Positions 10,021-19,650 of a stretch of 64,000 nt of DNA are shown piece after piece. The translations under genes were made by a program, and so were the position numbers. The notes under the pieces are model-generated. The model was not told the origin of the DNA, searched no databases, and worked only from the letters and a program-made list of their open reading frames with translations. The stretch is from a virus, in the IMG/VR virus record IMGVR_UViG_3300009514_000005, positions 70,620 through 134,619 of that record. One strand, given 5' to 3'. Position 1 is the stretch's first letter. Every line of letters begins with the position of its first letter.

Positions 10021-11403
10021 TTACTGAATGTTAACCCCACTTGTTTGAGGAATTTTAGTATTTGTTTTTGCAGAAGAAGTCGCAGATGTTGGCCTTGCTT
10101 TCTCAAATTGTTGAGATAGTGCCGAAATTAACCCACCAGTTCTAGCGCATTTCAAAGCAGTCTCAACTCCACCAGAAGAAACATTGTGCTCAACCTCATA
10201 TAAGTCATAGGCTCCAGTCAAAGCATCAATATCAGCAATGGCTACATTGACCATTTGCCCCGGAAGAAGATCAACTACACCAATTGACTGAAGACTGTAC
10301 TGGAAAGTTTTATCCATAAATGAGTGAACAAGTCCTTTAGCTTTTTCAACTTCAAACTTACCGGGGACAGAAAGACCTGCTCCGCCAACATCGTCTGGTT
10401 TTACGTTTCCGGCAACATCGGCCTTTGTTCCTCTCTGTGTCGCATTTTGACCACCAGCAACAGATCCATCCTGGCTAGTAGTAGTATTTGTAGACTCAGA
10501 CATGGTGCCAGCACCAGCTTTAACGTCATTAGTCTTTTTCTCTTCTCTGTTATTGGATGATATTTTTTTACCCCATGCTGCTCCTGGAAGAGTCAGATTA
10601 GTAACCTCAGTTGAAAGTCCAAGAAGTGGGTAAACTCTTTTGTTTGGATTAATTTGTCGATACATAACAAAAGTTGGAATACGCTGAATCGTTCTTGTTC
10701 CATGTCTACTTCTTATTTTGAAAATTTGCGCGGAATCAGCATTGCCTGGATTTTTTGCCCCAGCATAAAAACCAGTACAATTAGCAGACTCCAACACCTC
10801 TAAAGCTGACTCCCAATCTGACTTGGATTGATCGTAATTCATTTGAACATCTAAATCTTCAATAGCTTTACGGTCTTCAATTTTTATTTCTACCTCGTCA
10901 CCAATCAGCTCTTGAAGTATTTTTGATTTTGTTTGATCTTTAAATGTCCTTTGTTTTTGCGCCTTAGTACTGCTAAACATCATGCCAACACCCTTCATAG
11001 TGATAGAGACGCCATCTGTTGAAATATCTATATCTGGTGGCATTAATATTGCTTTAAAAAAAGAAGATGATCTACCACCATAATGAAGTCTTACGGCCAT
11101 TCTGTTAACCGCAATTCCGAGTTTTGAAATGCCTATCGATCCAAGAGGAATTGGAATGGCCCCGGTCCCACTATCTGACTTGGAAAATCCAATGCCTATT
11201 TTCCCAGACTTTAAAAGCTTAATGGCTTGCTCTAAGGGAGGTGCTAGATGAACATCAACGGTAAATATTTTAAGAAGAGGAATGTTTACTCTGACTGAAT
11301 CAATATAACTAGATGCTGGGCCGATAACGGATTGAATACTTTGCATCACGCCGTTTTCCTCTAAAAGAAGCTCTACGTCTCCACCAAGAAGATCAATGGC
11401 CAT
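10021..11403 (-). CDS. Baseplate hub protein (gpD/gp27-like)
   Basis: Between tape measure and spike; C-terminal SIGVVDLLPGQMVNVAI...LTGAYDLYEVEHNVSSGGVETALK. Confidence 0.75.
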   Translation of the reverse strand: MAIDLLGGDVELLLEENGVMQSIQSVIGPASSYIDSVRVNIPLLKIFTVDVHLAPPLEQAIKLLKSGKIGIGFSKSDSGTGAIPIPLGSIGISKLGIAVNRMAVRLHYGGRSSSFFKAILMPPDIDISTDGVSITMKGVGMMFSSTKAQKQRTFKDQTKSKILQELIGDEVEIKIEDRKAIEDLDVQMNYDQSKSDWESALEVLESANCTGFYAGAKNPGNADSAQIFKIRSRHGTRTIQRIPTFVMYRQINPNKRVYPLLGLSTEVTNLTLPGAAWGKKISSNNREEKKTNDVKAGAGTMSESTNTTTSQDGSVAGGQNATQRGTKADVAGNVKPDDVGGAGLSVPGKFEVEKAKGLVHSFMDKTFQYSLQSIGVVDLLPGQMVNVAIADIDALTGAYDLYEVEHNVSSGGVETALKCARTGGLISALSQQFEKARPTSATSSAKTNTKIPQTSGVNIQ

Positions 11404-13460
11404 CAGGTAATCTCCTTACCGCTTCTTTCCGCCTGAGCCCTGCTCCTTTTATCCATGGTTATTCCCATTCTGTTTGCATCAGCACCAATAACAACTTTTT
11501 GATTTCCTCCGCCTTTGGATAGATTTTGATTCAGTTGTTGTAGCTGATCTAATATCAACATATTGCTCATCGCTGTTTGTTCTGTTGCGGCAAGTTGTTT
11601 TTTTGTTACATCTTTCTCCGGCACTTTTTTTAGCCTAGCTTGCTTTTCTTTTTCTGTTCCTATTGGAATAACCGGGGCTACTTTTCCCTTTTCCCCTCCG
11701 GCTATGATGCCCCCAGGAGTTTTAGTTTGTTGCTGGAGCTTGGGAGGAACTCCTGCTTTTGGCTTCATTTTTTCAGCACTTTTGTTTAATTTGTCAGCAG
11801 CGGAATCAAACATAGATCCAAAACCCTTGACCTTATCGCCAAGCCAATCAGCAGCACCTCCAACGGCGTTTCCAACCAATCCACCAATATTTTTCCATCC
11901 TTCAAAAATCATTTTAAAAACAGTTAATATTCCGTTTCCAAAAGTCATAAAAGCATTTGTAACAAAATCTATTGATGTTTTTATGCCAGTTCCAACGGAT
12001 CCGAATACAGATGTAATTGAATCTATTGCCGACTTAAGCATTGGTGATTGAGAAACAAAGGCAGATACCCAATTATTAAGAGCGCCGAAGAACCTACCGA
12101 TTGAACCCGCAAGGTCCATAATAGAGGTGCCGAGCCACTTAAATCCGCCAGTTACAGTAGACCATACTCCAGTGACAAATCCTGCGATAGCGGTGCCAAA
12201 TACAGCTATGGCGGCAATCGCTGTTCCTATTCCTCCGCTAAAAGTCAAAAGTCTTTGGCCCAACATTCTTATCGGATTCCATAAAAACTCAAAGGCATTT
12301 ACAAACGGTGTCTTTATGGCGTTAATTATGCTCAAAAGCCTGGGCCCAATACCTTTAAAAACATTCAAAAATCTTCCACCGAGAGATTTGGTGACTTTCA
12401 TAATTCCAGATCCAAGATTTTTAAACATTCCAGAAAGAGCACTCACTCCAGGTATCTTTAGAAGGCCGGTTCCCAAAGCTGCTAAGCCAGCGGCCAACCA
12501 CCCCATTATTGTCCCAAGTATCCCCTTTTTTTCCTCTTCTTCTCCGCTTATTTCAAAAATCTTCTTCAACAAAGAAATAACATTTGTTTTTTTGCCGCCT
12601 TTGCCAAGAGATATATTCATATCTTTTTGTTTTTCAAATGATTCTTCATTCATCTTTAAAAGATTATTAAGAGAATTAATCATTTTATCTCTTTGGTTTT
12701 TCTCTATTTTTCCCATCAGCATTTTAGGTAAATCCTTAATAGGCTTAAGGACGCTCCCAACGACTCCAAGGGCCGCTGTTAACTGAGGAGGAATAATTTT
12801 AGAAAAATCGATACCAACCGTAGACAAGAAGTTTTTAGCAGAATTTCCAATATCATTAAAATAATTTCTCACTCCCTCGAAAACCTTGCTTGCTTTTTTC
12901 CAGCCAGCCATAATTGCGTTATTGCTTTTTACAAAAGTGGAAGCGTTCGAGATAATCCTATTTCTAGAATCTTCGGTAAGTTTTCCGTTTTCATCAAAAG
13001 ATACATTTAGATCCCTCATGTTGGCGATCAAGTGTTCCATCAATTGAGGCTTGATTACTTTTCCCAATGCTCCAAAAGTGCCAGCAACATCGTCAGCCCT
13101 TTTTCCTCCTTCTTGAATAACCTTGTAAAGCTTTTGAAAAGATTTTGTTCCTATATTTTTTGGGGCCGTGGTCTTTTTAGCCTGACCAGTTGTAGATTTT
13201 TCATCACTGACTCCTGCCCATTGCTTGGGCCCACTAGGACCCTTCATTCCACCTAATCCCGCTGAAGCACCAGGTTTGCCAATCTTTTCCCCAACGCCGC
13301 CAAGGCCCTTTGAAGCCTTTTTTCCTGCGCCTCCTATGTCTTTTAATTTTGAAGAAATTCCACCAAGATGTTTATGGACATTAACAAGCTTCTTCTCGAG
13401 TCCCTTGTCGGTGGCCTTAAAACTAAAGCCTAATCCCAAGAATTTTTTATCAGCAGCCAT
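11403..13460 (-). CDS. Tape measure protein (685 aa)
   Basis: N-terminal FLGLGFSFKATDK; long amphipathic G/A/F/W-periodic helical region; follows the chaperone genes. Confidence 0.8.
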   Translation of the reverse strand: MAADKKFLGLGFSFKATDKGLEKKLVNVHKHLGGISSKLKDIGGAGKKASKGLGGVGEKIGKPGASAGLGGMKGPSGPKQWAGVSDEKSTTGQAKKTTAPKNIGTKSFQKLYKVIQEGGKRADDVAGTFGALGKVIKPQLMEHLIANMRDLNVSFDENGKLTEDSRNRIISNASTFVKSNNAIMAGWKKASKVFEGVRNYFNDIGNSAKNFLSTVGIDFSKIIPPQLTAALGVVGSVLKPIKDLPKMLMGKIEKNQRDKMINSLNNLLKMNEESFEKQKDMNISLGKGGKKTNVISLLKKIFEISGEEEEKKGILGTIMGWLAAGLAALGTGLLKIPGVSALSGMFKNLGSGIMKVTKSLGGRFLNVFKGIGPRLLSIINAIKTPFVNAFEFLWNPIRMLGQRLLTFSGGIGTAIAAIAVFGTAIAGFVTGVWSTVTGGFKWLGTSIMDLAGSIGRFFGALNNWVSAFVSQSPMLKSAIDSITSVFGSVGTGIKTSIDFVTNAFMTFGNGILTVFKMIFEGWKNIGGLVGNAVGGAADWLGDKVKGFGSMFDSAADKLNKSAEKMKPKAGVPPKLQQQTKTPGGIIAGGEKGKVAPVIPIGTEKEKQARLKKVPEKDVTKKQLAATEQTAMSNMLILDQLQQLNQNLSKGGGNQKVVIGADANRMGITMDKRSRAQAERSGKEIT

Positions 13461-13496
13461 GCATTCACCTCACTCTACCTTAAGTGATATGGCTGC

Positions 13497-13658
13497 CTAT
13501 CGCTTTCGGTCAGCCTCTACCTTCCTCTTTGCTTCTAACTCCTCTTTCCATTCAACTAGCCTTTTTCTCCTTGAAACCGGCATACTCATAAACGAGTCAT
13601 ATTGAAGCCGCACTGTTTCCAATAAAAAAGCAAATTCTTCTTCCAGTGTGTCAATCAT
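13497..13658 (-). CDS. Tail assembly chaperone, C-terminal/GT-type ORF (53 aa)
   Basis: Not in the track. MIDTLEEEFAFLLETVRLQYDSFMSMPVSRRKRLVEWKEELEAKRKVEADRKR lies in the -1 frame relative to 13655..14389, with an ATGA overlap. Confidence 0.75.
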   Translation of the reverse strand: MIDTLEEEFAFLLETVRLQYDSFMSMPVSRRKRLVEWKEELEAKRKVEADRKR

Positions 13659-14389
13659 TCCGAGGGGAAAAAAAATTCCGAGCCCGACAACTCCATATCA
13701 CTTGTGTATTCATTATGACACTTAGGGCAAGTTGCTTTATATTCGTCGTCAAAATCTCCTTCTTCTTTTTCGATAGCATTTCTAAATCTAGACCTTTCTT
13801 TCATGGGGAGAATTTTGATGCTTTCTATACCTGCTGGTTTTCCGTCAATGCTATCAACCCTTGCATAAAGACCAACGGTTGCTTTGTTTTGGTCTGTTGC
13901 AATTTTTTCAATCTTTTCCTCAACCGCGCCATCAGCTATTTTCCAACGAATTTTTCTTCCATCAGCTAACTCAAATTCCCTAAATAATTCATCGGCATTT
14001 GGCGGTCTTTCTATTTTTATTTGAGCTAAATCATAATCAACTTTATCCTTATGAGCGCATTCGGAATCAGGACAGGTTGTCACAAAAGTAAAAATATTAC
14101 CGACAGATAAAGATCTAAGCTGTAGAAGACATCCCCATCTATCAGTTACGACTAATCTTTTGGCGAAAGCATTAATCTGTGCTCTATCTTCAATATCTCC
14201 AAATTTAGTAATACAGTTAGCAATAATCTGAGTTAGTTTTGTCGCTGTTAACATTTTCTGGGAGGCCAAAACATCTTCTTCGATGCCTGTCATTTCTCGG
14301 AAAATAATATTTTTAATAACGCCAACTTCATCAACCTTTACGCCGGTAGGTAATTCATAGGATCCTAACGGTGATTTTGCGCCTTCCAT
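13655..14389 (-). CDS. Tail/baseplate-hub assembly chaperone (T4 gp26-like, Cys pairs)
   Basis: FREMTGIEEDVL, LLQLRSLSVG, CPDSEC and CPKC; lies upstream of the tape measure gene. Confidence 0.75.
   Translation of the reverse strand: MEGAKSPLGSYELPTGVKVDEVGVIKNIIFREMTGIEEDVLASQKMLTATKLTQIIANCITKFGDIEDRAQINAFAKRLVVTDRWGCLLQLRSLSVGNIFTFVTTCPDSECAHKDKVDYDLAQIKIERPPNADELFREFELADGRKIRWKIADGAVEEKIEKIATDQNKATVGLYARVDSIDGKPAGIESIKILPMKERSRFRNAIEKEEGDFDDEYKATCPKCHNEYTSDMELSGSEFFFPSE
13667..13675 (-). other. Putative -1 programmed ribosomal frameshift slippery site (T8 run; T TTT TTC)
   Basis: GAA TTT TTT TTC CCC TCG GAA TGA near the end of the chaperone gene; a -1 slip joins the 53-aa ORF directly upstream of the tape measure gene. 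Confidence 0.65.
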
Positions 14390-14399
14390 TCAATGCTCC

Positions 14400-14714
14400 T
14401 TATTCTACGGGTCTTAATAGACCATCAACGGTTTCTCTAGCAGGAATTCTTATAACCATTCCCTCCCTCGCCTGATTAGGGAGATCTAAATTATTAGCAA
14501 CCTGAATAACCCACATTAGTTCTGGATCATCATAAAAATCATAAGCAATTAAATCAAGCCGCGTAGCTTGACCCTGCTCTAATTGAACATAAGTATCATC
14601 GGTACTAAAGGGAATTTCTGGATATTCAGTTTGGTCCCAAAAAATTAATCCCTTAAAATCTAAGAGTCGAGTCAGATTGAGCCAGCTTCCTGGAGAAATA
14701 TTAATTTCCGCCAT
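14400..14714 (-). CDS. LysM-like baseplate protein (gp53 / tail protein X-like)
   Basis: RLDLIAYDFYDDPELMWVIQVANNL..P...EGMVIRIP. Confidence 0.8.
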   Translation of the reverse strand: MAEINISPGSWLNLTRLLDFKGLIFWDQTEYPEIPFSTDDTYVQLEQGQATRLDLIAYDFYDDPELMWVIQVANNLDLPNQAREGMVIRIPARETVDGLLRPVE

Positions 14715-14910
14715 TAATAATCTCCTCAGAATCAGACATAGATTGCCTATCTTTTACTATGTAATCTCTCAGCGATTCTCGCACCAGATCACTCATGCTG
14801 CGATTATCTCGCTTGCCAACGCTTTCTAAGAAATCATAAGTATTCTTGGAGACCCAGATGTTCATACGAACCCTGGCCGGAACATCCTCTTTTAACTCAC
14901 CGTTTCCCAT
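14701..14910 (-). CDS. Ribbon-helix-helix (CopG-like) DNA-binding protein
   Basis: VRMNIWVSKNTYDFLESVGKRDNRSMSDLVRESLRDYI; ATG at 14910 preferred over TTG at 14928. Confidence 0.75.
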   Translation of the reverse strand: MGNGELKEDVPARVRMNIWVSKNTYDFLESVGKRDNRSMSDLVRESLRDYIVKDRQSMSDSEEIINGGN

Positions 14911-14939
14911 GGAGTAAATTATACGCAAAGGGAGGGCAA

Positions 14940-15143
14940 TTAACTAGTTAAAATTTCCCCAATAGAAATGACCCCCTCTGTCTTCTTTTTCTTTTTGGCG
15001 TATCCATATCCAAAATCTTTTCGATCAGAAGGACGAAGGCTGCCTAGCGGCACAGGGTAATATGCCACATTGGCAGTTGTTGTGGCCTCTTCAAAAACAT
15101 CCGGGAAAAACCATCCAATTGATTGGAGCGTATCTTTTTTCAT
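14940..15143 (-). CDS. Hypothetical protein
   Basis: 67-aa co-directional ORF filling the gap in the operon. Confidence 0.45.
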   Translation of the reverse strand: MKKDTLQSIGWFFPDVFEEATTTANVAYYPVPLGSLRPSDRKDFGYGYAKKKKKTEGVISIGEILTS

Positions 15144-15163
15144 AACCTCAGAATAACAGAGGG

Positions 15164-15622
15164 CTACTGAAAAGTATATTTCTTGGTATCGACTGCGATT
15201 TTTTGCATAGACTCAATTGCCTTGAAGGCCGCCTGAACTAAGTGTTTGCAGACCATAGGAATTTGTTTTGGATTGGTAATATGAGGAGGCTTCCCATTTG
15301 AATACTTGATTTCTGAAGACCCATGCTTCGCAAGAGCGTACTCGCAATTAAATAAAAAAAATGGGCAAGAGCACTGTACCCAAGCTGGATGATCAAAATC
15401 TGGTTTTTCCCAAACATTAAGCTTTACCGTGGTTGGGTACAGTTCAATCTCTACATCGTAAAAAACGGTTTCAGTAATGGCCCGACAGCGCACCACAAAA
15501 ACTATTGTATCGATCGATTTTTTCTTGGATTTAGTGGCACTAATTACAGTGGCACTGACCTGCATGGATCTTTCTTTTACATCGTCAGGTGTGTTATCGA
15601 GCAATTGTTGCAGTGTTTTCAT
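15164..15622 (-). CDS. SWIM-type zinc-finger protein
   Basis: CSCPFF...CKHL (CxC-xn-CxH). Confidence 0.7.
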   Translation of the reverse strand: MKTLQQLLDNTPDDVKERSMQVSATVISATKSKKKSIDTIVFVVRCRAITETVFYDVEIELYPTTVKLNVWEKPDFDHPAWVQCSCPFFLFNCEYALAKHGSSEIKYSNGKPPHITNPKQIPMVCKHLVQAAFKAIESMQKIAVDTKKYTFQ

Positions 15623-15679
15623 CTATATAATTTTCCTCTTTTTTTATTCTCTTGTCTCGCTTCTTCTTTCTATGAGGAA

Positions 15680-16261
15680 TTAAATACCTGTGTTAAACTC
15701 TTCAAAATAAAATGGCCTCAATGTAAGTTCCGCTAAGCTAATATCTTTTCCCATTGGATCAAAATCACTTCCACCTTTATATCTCGTAGGAACCGTCTCA
15801 ATCAACATCCAAGCCCTTGCAGGGATTCTTGATATAAGATCAGTCAATACACCAAAGCCTAAATCAAGGCCACCCTGATCCCCAGGAAGGCCCAATACAC
15901 CAATATCTGAATAATGAATGATGAGAAGGTTTTTTCTCTGCTCAGTTTCACCACGAATATATTTACTGATCCAATCATAAAAATCCGAATTAAAAAATCT
16001 TGTTCCCTGAGTTAATTCAATCGGCGTAACTTCAGCCCCTTGGAGAACGTAACGAGGATACTCGAAAGTCCCTTCTTTAATAGATTTTTCATTAACCGTA
16101 ATCTCTGGAGCTGTACAAGTCCTAAACCCATAGACAGGAAGAAAAACTAAAGGGAAAGAAAAGGAGATATCAAATACCTGAAAATGAGCATTTGTTAAAA
16201 AATCAGAGATCCTATTTCTTCTGTCTAGAGGATTAAGGGAATCTAAAAATTTTAGGCCCAC
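15680..16261 (-). CDS. Second tail tube paralog (T4 gp19 family; probable tube initiator)
   Basis: GFRTCTAPEITVNEKSIKEG, PIELTQG..FFNSDFYDW, ARAWMLIETVPTRYKGGSDFD...LAELTL. Confidence 0.78.
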   Translation of the reverse strand: MGLKFLDSLNPLDRRNRISDFLTNAHFQVFDISFSFPLVFLPVYGFRTCTAPEITVNEKSIKEGTFEYPRYVLQGAEVTPIELTQGTRFFNSDFYDWISKYIRGETEQRKNLLIIHYSDIGVLGLPGDQGGLDLGFGVLTDLISRIPARAWMLIETVPTRYKGGSDFDPMGKDISLAELTLRPFYFEEFNTGI

Positions 16262-16276
16262 AACTAATCCCCTATT

Positions 16277-16807
16277 TTACGAAATAGTTAACGCATCAAC
16301 CTCGTTTCCATTTTGAAATAAACGGAAATATTCGATCTCAATATCAATCTCTTCAAGAGTTATTTCAGCGGTTGTAGAATCCCAATCCGTTCCCGTCTTA
16401 ACTCGAGTAGGAAGACAGTTAAAACAATGGAATTCTCTTGATGCAATAGCATTTCTATAATCAATCAAACCACTCACATCATCTCTATGAAAATGACGAA
16501 TAATTAAATTGGTTCGATAAGGCTGATTTTCAGAAGTTGCTCTACACCAAGCCGCAAAAGTTGAATCATTTTTAACAACGCCCTTGGACAAAGTAAGAGG
16601 AGTAAAAGTGGTTTCACCTGGATACTTTCTTCGGTAAGTCCAAATTCCTTCTTGATACTCAATTGATCCAATCGTCTGCTCTGGAGCCACAACAGTATTA
16701 AATCCAGCAGCGGGTGTTGCCAGGTTGAGATATCCCTCAGTATCAATTACATGAAATCGATTCTGAGAAAATGGATCGGTAGATTGACTTCTAGCGGTGC
16801 CTGCCAT
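16277..16807 (-). CDS. Major tail tube protein (T4 gp19 family)
   Basis: DPFSQNRFHV...AAGF...IEYQEG...RKYPG..FTPLTLSKGV...EITLEEIDIEIE; directly follows the sheath gene. Confidence 0.88.
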   Translation of the reverse strand: MAGTARSQSTDPFSQNRFHVIDTEGYLNLATPAAGFNTVVAPEQTIGSIEYQEGIWTYRRKYPGETTFTPLTLSKGVVKNDSTFAAWCRATSENQPYRTNLIIRHFHRDDVSGLIDYRNAIASREFHCFNCLPTRVKTGTDWDSTTAEITLEEIDIEIEYFRLFQNGNEVDALTIS

Positions 16808-16826
16808 CGTTGCTCTCCTTTAAATA

Positions 16827-18626
16827 TTAAGCCTGACTCGCATCAAATGTTCTTTGTAATCTTAAGTGAATTATTTCAGCGGCAAGATTTGGCTTAATAA
16901 ACTCGTCAATAATAATTCTCTTTGTAATTTGAATAGCTTGAGGATTATTGCTTTCGTCAACGACGACTTTGAAAGCCTGCTTCTTATCCTTGATTCCAGA
17001 CCCAATGATTCCATCAATAAATTTTTGTTCTAAGTAGTAATCGAGCCTTCCTTTAATCAAACCAAATGTAGATGGACCAACATCTTCAAAGACAATATCT
17101 AAAAGACCAACTTCTTGTTCTTTTCGAAGATTAATGAAAAGCCTTCGAATATTTACGTCAGTGTAATCACCAATTACCTGAAGAGTGCTGTTTCCCCAAA
17201 TGGCTGTTCCAACATTTCGATCTGATCGGATCGGATTGATTTGAGCTTGGAACACAATGTTTCTGTCTCCCTTGCCGAGAACCCTTTCAACTCCTGAAAT
17301 AAAGTTTAACTTCCCTCGCCTTGTCCCGGCAGGAGCCTTCCCTACGTTTTCACTAAGATCTGTGAAAGCATATCTACCAGCAACGTGACCACATGGAGGC
17401 ATTGTAAGGGGCCGATTTCCATTTAGAGGATCAGGAATCTTTACCCATGGGTAATACATTGCAGCGTAACTGGATTGGCTTTTTAAAGTATTTCTTCGGT
17501 AATCAACAGCTTGTTGAGGCGTCTTTCCCTTGGGCGGCTGAAGAATTACGCTCACATCCTTACGACCTTCTGCGTAAGTAATAAGAGCCAAATCAGTTGT
17601 CGCATCTCCGGCAAAATCAGCAAGGGCTAAAGAGAACTGCTCTTCAATATCATCAAGGGCATAAATACCTCTTTTATCTTGGACTAATTGTGCCCCAACA
17701 ACATCATTAGCTGTCACAGTGCTTCCATCATCTCCACCAGAGAGAAAAATAGAAACAGAATCCGCTGGCCTTTTCAGATAATCGATTTCTATATCAGCGC
17801 CACTCACTGGGGCTGGAATAATTGAAACCGCGAAAACTCCGGTATCATAATCCACAGATCCAGAAACAGATGGCCCACCAGAAACTCCCTGTAAATTGCC
17901 AAGGCCGTCATCAGTTCCGACAACTACATCATCTACCGTGACTTTCATTGTAGTTTCTGCAATAGGAGGACTTACGGCTGTTCCGGGAAAAGAAGTTGCA
18001 ATTCCATCACCTGTTCCAATGTTTTCATCCGAGATAGTAATAGGGCTTAATTCAGGAGGAACACCTCCGGCCAAAGCGGTAAATACAACATCTTCGGAGT
18101 CTTCCAAAATTTTAAGAATATAATTTGGATCCAAAGGATCAGTAAGGTTCAAGGTTTCATAAGTTTCTTCAAGCTCGAGAAGCCCACTTGATGCATCCTT
18201 GATTTCAACGTCAATATCAAAAGCCGAATAAGTGGCAGTTGCCTGATCAAAAAGACTCTTGTTCCCCTTGATAGTAATTTTTCCATCATTGGCCCAAACA
18301 CCTCTGCCTGAAGCTTGCACCGACCAGGTTCCCGTAAACACGCCAGTAGCATATTCGGCATCGGCAGAAAGCTCTCTTACGAATATAATACTGTTTCCGC
18401 CGTTGAAATCATAAGCCGTGGCCTGATAAGCGTTCAGTGACTTTGTTGAAAAGGTACCAAACCTTGCGATATATTCGTTCAGGCTCGAGTGAATGAAAGC
18501 TTCACCCTCAGGGCCCCTTGGAGAAAAACCAGCAAAAGCAAAAGAAGATGTAGATCCAGGGGGAATCCTGGCTGAACGTCCTTGTACTTCTTGTGAAATA
18601 ACATCAGGTGAAAGTAGGTCTACCAT
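16827..18626 (-). CDS. Contractile tail sheath protein
   Basis: LLSPDVISQE, FAGFSPRGP, SSYAAMYYPWVKIPDP, MPPCGHVAGRYA, VNIRRLF, KPNLAAEII. Confidence 0.95.
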   Translation of the reverse strand: MVDLLSPDVISQEVQGRSARIPPGSTSSFAFAGFSPRGPEGEAFIHSSLNEYIARFGTFSTKSLNAYQATAYDFNGGNSIIFVRELSADAEYATGVFTGTWSVQASGRGVWANDGKITIKGNKSLFDQATATYSAFDIDVEIKDASSGLLELEETYETLNLTDPLDPNYILKILEDSEDVVFTALAGGVPPELSPITISDENIGTGDGIATSFPGTAVSPPIAETTMKVTVDDVVVGTDDGLGNLQGVSGGPSVSGSVDYDTGVFAVSIIPAPVSGADIEIDYLKRPADSVSIFLSGGDDGSTVTANDVVGAQLVQDKRGIYALDDIEEQFSLALADFAGDATTDLALITYAEGRKDVSVILQPPKGKTPQQAVDYRRNTLKSQSSYAAMYYPWVKIPDPLNGNRPLTMPPCGHVAGRYAFTDLSENVGKAPAGTRRGKLNFISGVERVLGKGDRNIVFQAQINPIRSDRNVGTAIWGNSTLQVIGDYTDVNIRRLFINLRKEQEVGLLDIVFEDVGPSTFGLIKGRLDYYLEQKFIDGIIGSGIKDKKQAFKVVVDESNNPQAIQITKRIIIDEFIKPNLAAEIIHLRLQRTFDASQA

Positions 18627-18652
18627 GACCAGTCTCCTTATTATGTCTTATA

Positions 18653-19348
18653 TTATATCCGGTACATCCTTAAATCTACTCCGCTTACTGCTGAATTGGA
18701 AATATCTTGCTCCGCAAGATCCAACTCCCCTTCAACTCTTATAGAAAACGCATAGCCTTTAACTTTTGTAACTGGGTCAATAACTTGCTCTAAACTTGTC
18801 ACAGAACCTTCTCTGTATGCCTCGTAAGTACGGTCTAAATCCAAATCATCACTTACAAATAATTTACCTATTGCCGGAAAGACTTTCAATGCTTTTAGCA
18901 AAATTGCTTGAACCGGCGCTTCGTATCTGTCCCATATACTTATAGTATAAGTTATATCATGAGGGATAGCTTGAATTTTTGATTCATAATTACAAAAACC
19001 GCTCACCCCGTTTACGACGACTTGCGTACCGCTGACGCCTGCCCTGAACTCAAGCTGCCCACCCTCCATCCAACGGCCTAAGGCCGGGGTAAAATCATCC
19101 CTGACAATTGAAATAAATGGGTAAAGTTTTTTAGTGAAAATAGCTTCAGGATTTTCGAAATAAACCCTGACTACGCCGCCCCCAGTCGCGCCAGGGGCGC
19201 TTAGGAAGAAACAAGGATCAGCGGGATCAAACATATTTCCAAAGCCACTAACGGATCCCTCAACGGCCCCCAGGCTGTCTACAACGCCACGATCAAAGTT
19301 TCTAAGAAATACACTACCCGTTCTAGTCGGATGAATCAGTATCGGCAT
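18653..19348 (-). CDS. Probable tail terminator / sheath stabiliser
   Basis: Directly upstream of the sheath gene; YPFISIVRDD, PHDITYTISIW, YAFSIRVEGEL. Confidence 0.6.
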   Translation of the reverse strand: MPILIHPTRTGSVFLRNFDRGVVDSLGAVEGSVSGFGNMFDPADPCFFLSAPGATGGGVVRVYFENPEAIFTKKLYPFISIVRDDFTPALGRWMEGGQLEFRAGVSGTQVVVNGVSGFCNYESKIQAIPHDITYTISIWDRYEAPVQAILLKALKVFPAIGKLFVSDDLDLDRTYEAYREGSVTSLEQVIDPVTKVKGYAFSIRVEGELDLAEQDISNSAVSGVDLRMYRI

Positions 19349-19619
19349 TATCGTTTAGCTCTTCTATTTGTTTTCTTATTTTTCCAATTGATTCTTTGAT
19401 CCATTTTTTCTTAACAGATTCAGACTCATCCTCATCTGGAATATCTTCGATTTCTTTTGAATCAATTAATCCGCCAACGACATCAAAAATCACATCAGAA
19501 GCCTGGTCCACCTCTTCGTCAGACGGGTTTTCCCCAAGAAGATCGTCAACAATACCAAACAATTGCTCATCGATAATATCTCCATCTTCGTCTTTTTTTG
19601 GCTCTTCATCCATAATCAC
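19323..19619 (-). CDS. Small acidic hypothetical protein
   Basis: 98-aa D/E-rich ORF with SD. Confidence 0.55.
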   Translation of the reverse strand: MIMDEEPKKDEDGDIIDEQLFGIVDDLLGENPSDEEVDQASDVIFDVVGGLIDSKEIEDIPDEDESESVKKKWIKESIGKIRKQIEELNDNADTDSSD

Positions 19620-19650
19620 TCCGTCTTGTAAGATATGAGTATATATTACT

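Noticed and set aside
179-13969. Plus-strand ORFs in the track (e.g. 179..499, 2034..2594, 11563..12051, 12127..12786, 13225..13605)
   Set aside because: Antisense shadows of long, motif-bearing minus-strand genes; S/P/F-rich with no recognisable motifs.
1-19348. Stand-alone eCIS/tailocin locus
   Set aside because: Portal, terminase, protease and major capsid genes are contiguous with it, so it is a phage tail.
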